NCBI GenBank assembly: GCA_964578535.1
Contig: CAZODI010000002.1
Coordinates: forward strand, 12,177-76,176
DNA from: an uncultured Syntrophaceae bacterium
GTDB lineage: Bacteria > Desulfobacterota > Syntrophia > Syntrophales > PHBD01
DNA length: 64,000 nt
Reading direction: 5' to 3'
Made by a program: the position numbers and the translations under genes. Positions 1-7,732 of the stretch are shown in pieces. The notes beneath the pieces are model-generated. The model saw only the letters and a list, made by a program, of their open reading frames with translations. It had not been told where the DNA came from and made no database searches. The first letter of the stretch is position 1. Every line of letters starts with the position of its first letter.

Positions 1-92
1 TTTCCTCCATTACGATGTCGAGTTGAGAGAACGCCAGGCCAGCCACGCCGCGAGCGGCGGCCTGAGATACAGTTGGTAGTTAGCGAGCAATT

Positions 93-116
93 GTTCCTGC
101 CGCAGTTCCTGCCGCA
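93..116. repeat. perfect tandem duplication of a 12-nt unit (GTTCCTGCCGCA x2, followed by a partial GTT)
   Basis: Read directly from the sequence upstream of the first CDS. No function is implied. Confidence 0.6.
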
Positions 117-143
117 GTTTGTTCAGGTTGAGAAAGGAAGATC

Positions 144-719
144 ATGAAGAGAAACATCGGTCCCTGCGACATGTTTTTTCCCGTTCCCGCGGCCTTGATC
201 GTGAGTGGAGAGGAGGAGGAGGCAAACATCGCCACCGTAGCCTGGATCGGAATCCTCAGCTCCGAGCCTCCCACGATCGGGATATCCCTCAGAAAGGACC
301 GCTATACCCTGCAGTTGATCCGCAAGGGGCACGAGTTCAGCGTCAACATCCCTTCGGAGGACCTGTCGATCCAGGTCGATTACTGCGGAATCATCTCCGG
401 GCGCGATGCCAACAAGTTTGAGGCGACCGGCTTCAAAACGGATGCCTCGCTTTATATCAGGCCGCCCCTGATTCGGAACTGTCCATACAACCTGGAGTGC
501 GTCGTGGTGGGCGAACAGGAGATCGGGGATTTTATCCTGGTCATGGGAAAGATTGTCGCCAACCATATCGACGAGAACCTGCTGTCCCCGGAAGGCAAAG
601 TGGAGATGAGCGCCGTCAGGCCGCTGGTCTACTGCGCCGGCCCCAGGGAATACTGGAATCTGGGCTGCAAGCTGGACGATGCGTATTCGGTCGGGTTGAT
701 GATGGACGTGGTTGAGTGA
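144..719 (+). CDS. flavin reductase-like FMN-binding (split-barrel) domain protein
   Basis: 191-aa ORF with an ATG start and a GAAAGGAAG purine-rich stretch just upstream. The translation (FPVPAALIVSG...ANIATVAWIGILSSEPPTIGISLRK...GRDANKFE) fits the flavin reductase-like domain family as I remember it. Confidence 0.7.
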   Translation: MKRNIGPCDMFFPVPAALIVSGEEEEANIATVAWIGILSSEPPTIGISLRKDRYTLQLIRKGHEFSVNIPSEDLSIQVDYCGIISGRDANKFEATGFKTDASLYIRPPLIRNCPYNLECVVVGEQEIGDFILVMGKIVANHIDENLLSPEGKVEMSAVRPLVYCAGPREYWNLGCKLDDAYSVGLMMDVVE

Positions 720-747
720 CGGTGATTTCAGCAAGAGTGAGGAATGT

Positions 748-1086
748 ATGGTGGAAACTTTTCCGGATCCTATACGAAGGCTTCCCGAGGCGGATATACC
801 GATTGACGGAGTCAGGGCATATCTGTCCCAATCCGATACGCACCAGATCATTTTCATGGAGTTCGATAAGGATGTGAATCTGCCGGAGCATTCCCATGAG
901 GCTCAGATCGGTATCGTTCTGGAGGGCCGGATCGATCTGGTGATCGGTGGCAAAAAGGCCACCTACTCAAAGGGCGACCGGTATTACATTCCCGAAGGAG
1001 TACTGCATTCCGGGAAGATCTATTCCGGGTATGCGGACATCACCTTCTTCGACCAGCCGGATCGATACTCGCGGAAATCAGCATAA
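748..1086 (+). CDS. cupin domain protein
   Basis: Cupin motifs PEHSHEAQIGIVLEGRIDLVIGG and YYIPEGVLHSG are present. The start is ambiguous: TTG at 712 (ORF track) or ATG at 748 preceded by GAGGAA. Confidence 0.65.
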   Translation: MVETFPDPIRRLPEADIPIDGVRAYLSQSDTHQIIFMEFDKDVNLPEHSHEAQIGIVLEGRIDLVIGGKKATYSKGDRYYIPEGVLHSGKIYSGYADITFFDQPDRYSRKSA

Positions 1087-1179
1087 TCAGTAAAACGGGC
1101 CACCGGGGAAAAATTAAAGTGACACGGCAGGGGGATTCAGGGGGACCATAGAAAAACCATGTTAAAAGGGGGCAATACG

Positions 1180-1878
1180 GTGAAGACAATCGGTTTGATC
1201 GGGGGGATGAGCTGGGAATCAACCATTCCATACTATCGGATCATCAACGAAACCGTCAGGGAGCGGCTGGGAGGACTTCACTCCGCCAAGGTCCTTCTCT
1301 ACAGCGTTGATTTTCATGAAATCGAGCAGCTGCAGCGGGACGGGAAATGGGATGAAGCCGGCGAAATGCTGGCCGGAGCGGCATGCTCCCTGCAGAACGC
1401 AGGCGCCGAGATGATCGTCCTGTGCACGAACACCATGCACAAGGTGGCCGAACGGATTCAGGACGCCACGGACGTTCCCTTTCTCCACATCGCCGATCCC
1501 ACGGCCGAGGAGGTCAAGCGCACCGGATTCTGCACCGTGGGCCTGCTGGGCACTCGATTCACGATGGAACAGGATTTCTACAAGGGGCGTCTTCTGGAGA
1601 GGCATGGCATCGAGGTCATCATTCCGCAAGAAGAGGACCGCGAGCTCGTGCACAGGGTCATCTTCGAAGAGCTCTGCCTGGGAGAAGTCCTGGAGAACTC
1701 GCGTTCGGAATTCCGGCGCATCATCGGTGATCTTGCCGACCGGGGAGCCCAGGGAGTCATTCTCGGCTGCACCGAGATCCAGATGCTGGTCAGCCAGCAA
1801 GACTCGGATGTTCGCATCTTCGACACCACCGCCATCCATGCACGCGGGGCGGTGGAATGTGCGCTGGCGGGCTTTTGA
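1180..1878 (+). CDS. aspartate/glutamate racemase family protein
   Basis: KTIGLIGGMSWEST near the N-terminus, plus LCTNTMH and ILGCTEI containing the two catalytic Cys. GTG 1180 is preceded by AAAAGGGGG; the alternative ATG 1159 adds 7 aa. Confidence 0.8.
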   Translation: MKTIGLIGGMSWESTIPYYRIINETVRERLGGLHSAKVLLYSVDFHEIEQLQRDGKWDEAGEMLAGAACSLQNAGAEMIVLCTNTMHKVAERIQDATDVPFLHIADPTAEEVKRTGFCTVGLLGTRFTMEQDFYKGRLLERHGIEVIIPQEEDRELVHRVIFEELCLGEVLENSRSEFRRIIGDLADRGAQGVILGCTEIQMLVSQQDSDVRIFDTTAIHARGAVECALAGF

Positions 1879-2088
1879 ACATGCCTGTCCGATGAAAATT
1901 TTACGCCCTTTGATACGGCAACCGTTGCGTCTCATGATCCGGATTCCGGACGATTCAGCCGCCGGCCGTGTTTTCAACCGTCCGGAGCGGTGCCTTCTCC
2001 GGCAACCCGCAGTTCTTCTTCCATATTTTGCCCCAAGGATGTATAGTCCGCATCGCATTTCATCCCTCCGATCCGGAGCGCCCATTCC

Positions 2089-3492
2089 ATGAAAGAGTTT
2101 TTTCGATTCGAGGAGCGCGGAACGAACCTGCGGACCGAACTTTCTGCGGGAGTCACCACGTTTCTGACGATGGCCTACATCCTCTTCGTGAATCCCGGCA
2201 TTCTCTCCGCCGCCGGGGTTCCCTTCGCCGGCGCGGCGACCGCCACGGCCCTCGGCGCGGCCTTTATGTGCATCTGCATGGGTCTGGTGACGAACCGGCC
2301 GCTTGCCCTTGCCTCGGGGATGGGGCTGAACGCCGTCATCGCCTTCGGCGTCATCGGCTTACAGCAGGCCCATGTCCCGTGGCAGGTCGGGATGTCGGTA
2401 ATTTTTCTGGAAGGCCTCCTCATCCTGATCCTGGTCCTTTCGGGCCTCCGGGAAGCGGTGATGAACGCCATCCCGATGGATCTGAAGCGCGCCATCGGGG
2501 TGGGCATCGGCCTCTTCATCACCATCATCGGGCTGAACGGGGGCGGGATCATCCGCCCGGCGCCGTTCACACTCGTTGCCCTGGGCGATCTTTCCCAGAA
2601 GTATGTGTGGGTTTCCTTCATCGGCCTCTTTGCCGTCCTGATTTTCAAAACGATCGGGATCCGGAGCTATATCCTGTTCGGAATCCTGGCGGCGACGCTG
2701 GCTGCGCTCTTCCTGGGCGTGGCAAAACCTCCTTCCGGAATCGTCGGGCCGCTCGATTTCCAGACGTTCTTCGGGCCTTTTCAGCAAATCGACGGCTCGT
2801 ATGCCGTGCTCCGGGTGTTCACCCCCGCCCTCCTGGTCGTGGTATTCGCCGTTTTGCTGACGGATTTTTTCGACACCATGGGAACGGTTGTTGCGGTGGG
2901 AGAGCAGGCGGGATTCGTGGACCGGGAAGGACGGATTCCCGGGATCCGGGGCATCCTGACCGTGGATTCCGTTGCGGCTCTCACGGGTGGACTTTTTGGG
3001 GCCAGCTCCATCACGACGTACGTCGAGTCGGCATCCGGTGTAGCCGAGGGAGGGCGGACCGGCCTGACGGCGGTCGTGGTCGGCGTCCTGTTCGCGTTCG
3101 CAGCCTTCTTCTCGCCGATCATTCAGATGGTCGGCGGCGGCTTTGCGATTCCCAGCGCCCAGCAGTACGGCCTGCTGGTCGGCGCCGGCGCCACGGTTCC
3201 GGCGGGCGACTATCACCTTTATCCGATCACCGCGGGTGCCCTGATCGTCGTCGGATTCCTCATGATGGGGATTGTCCGGGAGATTCAATGGGGCAGTTTT
3301 GAAGACGCCTTTCCAGCCTTTCTCATCATGGTCGGAATCCCGCTGACCTACAACATCAGCTACGGAATCGGCTTCGGGTTCATCAGCTACACCCTCCTCA
3401 AGATCGTACGCGGACGGTATCGCGATGTCCCGCCCCTTCTTTATGTCATCAGCGCGGCCTTTGTGATCGCCTTTGCATTGCCGTTCCTTTGA
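2089..3492 (+). CDS. NCS2 family nucleobase permease (AzgA/PbuG-like adenine/guanine/hypoxanthine permease)
   Basis: 467-aa polytopic membrane protein. The N-terminus FRFEERGTNLRTELSAGVTTFLTMAYILFVNP is characteristic of AzgA-type purine permeases. Confidence 0.85.
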   Translation: MKEFFRFEERGTNLRTELSAGVTTFLTMAYILFVNPGILSAAGVPFAGAATATALGAAFMCICMGLVTNRPLALASGMGLNAVIAFGVIGLQQAHVPWQVGMSVIFLEGLLILILVLSGLREAVMNAIPMDLKRAIGVGIGLFITIIGLNGGGIIRPAPFTLVALGDLSQKYVWVSFIGLFAVLIFKTIGIRSYILFGILAATLAALFLGVAKPPSGIVGPLDFQTFFGPFQQIDGSYAVLRVFTPALLVVVFAVLLTDFFDTMGTVVAVGEQAGFVDREGRIPGIRGILTVDSVAALTGGLFGASSITTYVESASGVAEGGRTGLTAVVVGVLFAFAAFFSPIIQMVGGGFAIPSAQQYGLLVGAGATVPAGDYHLYPITAGALIVVGFLMMGIVREIQWGSFEDAFPAFLIMVGIPLTYNISYGIGFGFISYTLLKIVRGRYRDVPPLLYVISAAFVIAFALPFL

Positions 3493-3528
3493 ACGGCCTG
3501 AACCATCATTTCTTCAAGGAGGTATGGC

Positions 3529-5052
3529 ATGAAACTGCTCAGAATGGTTGTCCTTTTCGTGTCCTGTTTGCTGATCGTCATACCGACCGGCGCCGGTGCC
3601 GCGGCAACGGGAAAGATCGTCGTCGCCCAGGGTGTGGATGTGTCAAGCCTCGATCCCCAGAAGGCGGGCACGTCCGTCGATCTGAACTACTGCTCCGCCG
3701 TATTCGACGGCCTCCTGCGGAGGACGGGGAAGGACGGGATGAAACCCAACCTGGCGGAGAGTTATCGGAACATCGATCCGACGACCTGGGAATTCAAGAT
3801 CCGCAAGGGCGTCTTCTTCCACAACGGAGATCCGCTGACGGCCGCCGACGTTGCCTTCAGCTTCAGCCGGACGAAGAAGGAGCACAACCCCTTTAAAATG
3901 TTCTTTACGGGCCTGAAGGATGTGATCGTCGTGGATCCCTATACGGTTCGCATCGTTACGGCGAATCCCGATCCAATCCTGCCGAAACGGATGGCCTGTG
4001 TCGCGTATGTCGTCCCCGAAAAATACATTCGCGAAAAGGGGGAGGAGTATTTTGCACACCATCCCGTCGGAACGGGCCGCTACAAATTCGTGAGGCGCGT
4101 GATCGGACAATTCGTCGAACTGGAGGCGAATGACCGATACTGGGGACTGAAACCGGCAACGGTCAAAACGCTCGTGTTCAAAGTCGTTCCCGATCCGGCC
4201 AAGCGCGCGGAGGATCTGAAAAAAGGACGGGTGCAGGTCGCAGTCGGCATTCCGCCCCGCGCTGTTCCCGATCTGCAGAAGAATTCCGAACTGAATGTGA
4301 TCTCCGGTCCGAGCGGCAGGGTGGTGTTTATCGGTTTCAACCTGCTGAAGCCGGACGGCAGCCCGATTTCAGACAAACGGGTCCGCCAGGCCATCAGCCA
4401 TGCCATCGACCGGGAGTCACTCATAAAAAGAACACTCCATGGCAGCGGCGTACCCCTGGCCACGCCCCTGGTTCCCTCCGTCTCCGGGTATGATCCCTCG
4501 ATCCCGCAGATCCCCTACGATCCTGCAAAGGCCCGGAAACTCCTGGCGGAGGCGGGTTATCCGAACGGATTTGAAATCACGCTGGCCGCACCCTCCGGAC
4601 GCTACATCCACGACCAGCAGGTTGCCGAGGCGGTTGTCGGGATGCTGGACAGGGTCGGCATCAGCGTAGACGTCAAGCTGTATGAATGGACCGCCTATCA
4701 GCAGGCGATGGTGAGCCGCAAGCTGGAACCCATGTATCTGCTGGGATGGGGCAACCCGCTTTATGATGCCGACGGCGTACTGATTCCGCTCCTGTCAACC
4801 GGTACCCGCGTTTCCCATTATTCCAACCCGGAGCTGGACAGGCTGCTGCAGGCGGCGCGCTTCGAGATGGATCCGCAAAAAAGGCAGGCCCTGTACCGCG
4901 AGAGCCTTCTTATGATTCAAGACGACGTCCCGGGGATCTATCTCTACGAGGAGGTCGCGCGTTACGGTCTCAGCCGGAACATAGGCAATTTCCCCGCACC
5001 GGATGGAAGCGAGCGGAAGGACCTCGACATGCTGGAGCTGAAGGGCAGGTAA
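3529..5052 (+). CDS. ABC transporter substrate-binding protein, family 5 (peptide/nickel/opine type), orphan
   Basis: 507 aa with a signal peptide and a strong SD (AAGGAGG) 7 nt upstream. Length and sequence fit the family-5 periplasmic binding protein type. No permease or ATPase genes are adjacent. Confidence 0.8.
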   Translation: MKLLRMVVLFVSCLLIVIPTGAGAAATGKIVVAQGVDVSSLDPQKAGTSVDLNYCSAVFDGLLRRTGKDGMKPNLAESYRNIDPTTWEFKIRKGVFFHNGDPLTAADVAFSFSRTKKEHNPFKMFFTGLKDVIVVDPYTVRIVTANPDPILPKRMACVAYVVPEKYIREKGEEYFAHHPVGTGRYKFVRRVIGQFVELEANDRYWGLKPATVKTLVFKVVPDPAKRAEDLKKGRVQVAVGIPPRAVPDLQKNSELNVISGPSGRVVFIGFNLLKPDGSPISDKRVRQAISHAIDRESLIKRTLHGSGVPLATPLVPSVSGYDPSIPQIPYDPAKARKLLAEAGYPNGFEITLAAPSGRYIHDQQVAEAVVGMLDRVGISVDVKLYEWTAYQQAMVSRKLEPMYLLGWGNPLYDADGVLIPLLSTGTRVSHYSNPELDRLLQAARFEMDPQKRQALYRESLLMIQDDVPGIYLYEEVARYGLSRNIGNFPAPDGSERKDLDMLELKGR

Positions 5053-5392
5053 GGATCGGGGCTTGTTCCCGGGTCTGTTGGTGTTCGTTCCTCTTCGCCC
5101 CGTCACCCGATGGCGGCCTATCCTCTCCGTCCTGGGGGCGCTCCCGGCCTTTTTCATGGTTCCGGCCCCGAGCGCCCTCATCGGAAGCGCCAGTTCCTCC
5201 GTTGAGGGCCGGTCAGCGTTCCGCCTTTCCGTCCGGAAACAGGGAATCCTGCGGGAATCCGAAAATCACGGTCTGGATTAGCCTCGTTGCCGCCGCCGTC
5301 TGCGCCGCCGTGAAGTAGGCGCCGCGGATTCTGTGAACCCTGCTGCGATATTCTCTTGCATGTTCTTCTGACCAGAAGAAGACGCTCTCCCG

Positions 5393-5998
5393 TCAGAACG
5401 AGTCGATGATGCTTTCCTCCTCCAGGTTGATCAGATCCACGGCAGGCGAAAACGCGATGGGATCGCAGCCTGCTTCGTCCACCCGCCAGCGGAGATCGCT
5501 GTCGATCGAGATCTCCATGGGCCGGCGGCAGTGGGCGCATTCCGTTTGAATCGTGACCGACAGAGCCGTCCTGCGTAATTGCCCTTGCACGAAGGGCGTC
5601 GCGAATGCGTCCATCGCTCAGGCGGCGTAAATTGTCTCTCCGGTGTCGAAGGTCACGCGGTGCGGTGTCTTTTCGACAGTAACCGGGTAGGCCCAGACGA
5701 CCTCGCCCGCCTGGTTGCGGAAGAGGAAGGTCATGTGCTTTTCCAGGTCGTCCAGGATCGCATTCACCGTCCCGAGGGGCAGAGACAGGGAATCTGCAAT
5801 GTGACGGGGGGGCATGGGTCCTTCGAGGCGGGGGAGTTCCCGGACGACGAAATGGTGAACCATATTGTGCTCCCGGGTCATGAAACCGCGATGGGCCTCG
5901 AATTTTCTCGCCGCCTCGGGGAGCTTCTTTTTCCACAGAAAGGGGGGGACATCGATGACGAACCTCCACAATCCCATCATGAGCCTGTTTTTCCCCAT
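5393..5998 (-). CDS. MerB-like (alkylmercury lyase-like) protein with an in-frame TGA at 5618-5620, predicted selenocysteine
   Basis: Track ORFs 5618..5998 and 5393..5614 are in the same frame and separated only by TGA-GCG. The joined translation ...GETIYAA[TGA]AMDAFATPF...TECAHCRRPMEISI aligns by eye with MerB ...RRLYAWCALDTLIFPAL...SSHCAATGAPVSLTV. That places the TGA on catalytic Cys96 and keeps Asp99. The N-terminal winged-helix part resembles the MerB N-terminal domain. Confidence 0.6.
5573..5602 (-). promoter_or_regulatory. candidate bacterial SECIS hairpin downstream of the in-frame UGA
   Basis: mRNA reads UGA GCGAUGGACGCAUUC GCG-AC-GCCCUU-CGUGC-AAGGGC-AAUUA-CGC. It has a 6-bp GC-rich upper stem, a 5-nt apical loop containing GU and a 3-bp lower stem. 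The structure begins 15-20 nt after the UGA. Confidence 0.45.
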
Positions 5999-6063
5999 AT
6001 ATTTAACCTCCAGGTTCTATTGTCGATCCGTTCCCCGGTGATGAGGAACGGCATGCCTGTTCA

Positions 6064-6597
6064 TCATCCCCTCGACCATTCCCTGATCCGGTCGATCTCG
6101 TCGCCCGTGATTCCCAGTCCCTCGAGAAATTCCTGATGGGACAGGGGGGCTAACTTCTCGAAGGCCTTGTGCCACCTCACCAGCCCCTCGTCGTCGAGGC
6201 CCGCGGCTCTGAGCATGGCGGCCCAGCTTTCCCCGTCCAGAACGGGATAGCGATCCCGGAGCGTATCGTCGTTGAGCATGCGGATAATGACGTGCTGCTG
6301 CTCCCGGAGCTGGCCGATCTCCCTGCCCAGTTCCAGCAGCCTTTTCTCGAGGACGTCGCGCAGGCTGTCCCGGGGAGACAGCAGGATCCGGGCGATCGCG
6401 GAGAGGGACAGCCCCAGCTGGCGATACACGCAGATCGTTTCCAGCCGCCGGGCGTCCTCCTCCGTGTATCGCCGGTAGTTGGCCCGGCTCCTGCCTGCGG
6501 GATTCAGCAATCCGATGGAGTCGTAATACAGGAGCGTGCTTCGGGACAGCCCGAAGCGCCCGGCCAGCTCTCCGATGGTCATGGCGGTTTTCTTCAT
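6064..6597 (-). CDS. MerR family transcriptional regulator
   Basis: The N-terminal HTH MTIGELAGRFGLSRSTLLYYDSIGLL...YRRYTEEDARRLETICVYRQLGLSL is classic MerR. The start could be ATG 6624, 6597 or 6582. The effector domain has no Hg-binding Cys triad. Confidence 0.8.
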   Translation of the reverse strand: MKKTAMTIGELAGRFGLSRSTLLYYDSIGLLNPAGRSRANYRRYTEEDARRLETICVYRQLGLSLSAIARILLSPRDSLRDVLEKRLLELGREIGQLREQQHVIIRMLNDDTLRDRYPVLDGESWAAMLRAAGLDDEGLVRWHKAFEKLAPLSHQEFLEGLGITGDEIDRIREWSRG

Positions 6598-6654
6598 ATC
6601 CGGTTTGTCTGCATTGCGGGGCATTTTGCCATCCTCTGCGTGATGGTGATCGGG

Positions 6655-6685
6655 ATTGTAAACTGTGAAGCGATAGACGGGTCAA
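6655..6685 (-). promoter_or_regulatory. candidate sigma70 promoter with a 19-nt spacer (TTGACC-N19-TACAAT) upstream of merR
   Basis: On the minus strand, TTGACC sits at 6685-6680 and TACAAT at 6660-6655, giving a 19-nt spacer. This is about 30 nt upstream of the first possible merR ATG. Confidence 0.4.
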
Positions 6686-6730
6686 GCGTTTCTGAAGAAA
6701 TTTTTTCTCCCGTGTCCAGCCAGCCGACGG

Positions 6731-6753
6731 AAAAAGAAAAGGCAGAGCCTGCC
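6731..6753 (-). terminator. candidate rho-independent terminator after the acyltransferase gene
   Basis: The minus strand reads GGCAG-GCU-CUGCC followed by UUUUCUUUUU. The stem is short (5 bp) but is followed by a clear U-tract, about 65 nt after the stop at 6818. Confidence 0.35.
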
Positions 6754-6817
6754 GACCCTGCCTGTCTGCTTCGGAACGGAACCGTACATCAGGATCGGTC
6801 CCTATCCGCCTGTGTCC

Positions 6818-7732
6818 TCATCGTGCTTCCCCGCCCGGGACCGCCGCATTCCTCCGTGGTTCCTCCCCCAGGAAATCCTCGAAGTGGTACCACTGGTCCG
6901 GATGGCTGCGGGCCTCCTCCTCCAGGATCCGGGCGTAGGCCTGAACAGAATGCCGGACGGCATCATCCCGGTCCTTCCTTGAAGCGGCGTTCACGGTCCA
7001 GGGTGGGCCGACCCGGATGCGGTAGCGGCCCCCGGCCTCGCGATAGACAAAGAAGGGCAGAATCGGCGCCCCCGACAGAAGGGAGAACAGGTGCGGCGTC
7101 TCGGGGAGAAGGGTCTCGCGGCCGGCGAAGACGGCCGGGACGGATCGCTGGCTTGCGTGCCAGAGGCGGTCCCCCGTCATGGAGACCAGGCCGCCTTCGC
7201 GAAGGAAGCGGATCGCCTCAACGAGATCGAAGGGCGAAGCCGCATCGGGAGATGCCGTCACGATCCGCACGCCCCGTTCCGACAGGCTCTGCTTCTGCAT
7301 CCGCTCGATCTGCTCCCGGTGTTTCTCCCCCACGTACAGGAGAAGCTTCATGCCCTTGCCTTTCAGGAGATGGGCCGAGACCTCCCAGTTTCCCAGATGG
7401 GACATGAGCAGAACGCCCCCCCGTCCGGAGGTGACGGCCTCTTCCAGGTAGGGAAACCCCTCGCTTTCGTACTCGATGTCGCCCCGCTCCTGAAGCAGGA
7501 AGCGGTCCAGGAAGACGGAGGTGAAGTTCTGGTACTGGCGCCAGGTCAGGAGGAGGGCGCGAAGAAGGCCATGCCCCGGGAGGAGAATCCGGTAAAAACG
7601 GACGCTCCGGGCAACCCGTCCGGGGAAAAACACGAAGTAGCCGGCGGCGATAAACCAGGCGAAAAACCGGAACGCCCAGGGCCCGGCGTGACGGGTGAGG
7701 GTTGTCAGGAACCGGTAGGCGGCCGCCTTCAT
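6818..7732 (-). CDS. LpxL/HtrB-like lysophospholipid (lipid A biosynthesis-type) acyltransferase
   Basis: Translation from MKAAAYRF..., with LMSHLGNWEV (the HX4-type acyltransferase motif region). The ATGA overlap with the upstream exporter stop (7729-7732) fixes the start. It is equivalent to the APE-cluster ApeD-type gene. Confidence 0.8.
   Translation of the reverse strand: MKAAAYRFLTTLTRHAGPWAFRFFAWFIAAGYFVFFPGRVARSVRFYRILLPGHGLLRALLLTWRQYQNFTSVFLDRFLLQERGDIEYESEGFPYLEEAVTSGRGGVLLMSHLGNWEVSAHLLKGKGMKLLLYVGEKHREQIERMQKQSLSERGVRIVTASPDAASPFDLVEAIRFLREGGLVSMTGDRLWHASQRSVPAVFAGRETLLPETPHLFSLLSGAPILPFFVYREAGGRYRIRVGPPWTVNAASRKDRDDAVRHSVQAYARILEEEARSHPDQWYHFEDFLGEEPRRNAAVPGGEAR

Noticed and set aside
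1-10. Possible minus-strand gene start (ATGGAGGAAA read from position 10 leftwards)
   Set aside because: Only 10 nt lie inside the window, so it cannot be supported.
1879-2088. Possible purine riboswitch upstream of the purine permease
   Set aside because: The conserved purine-riboswitch loops and junction sequence (UAUAAU...CCGGGCACCGUAAAUGUCCGACUAUG-like) are not visible. It would need a covariance-model scan to exclude fully.
1968-3302. 444-aa ORF on the plus strand in another frame of the permease gene
   Set aside because: The Arg/Pro/Gly-rich translation overlaps the convincing NCS2 permease frame.
5063-5281. 72-aa ORF in the 340-nt gap between the binding-protein gene and the MerB-like gene
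   Set aside because: It has a TTG start, no SD and no recognisable features. It is probably non-coding.
5363-5380. Hairpin TTCTTCT-GACC-AGAAGAA between convergent genes as a bidirectional terminator
   Set aside because: The stem is AT-rich and only 7-8 bp, with no U-tract on either strand. That is too weak to call.
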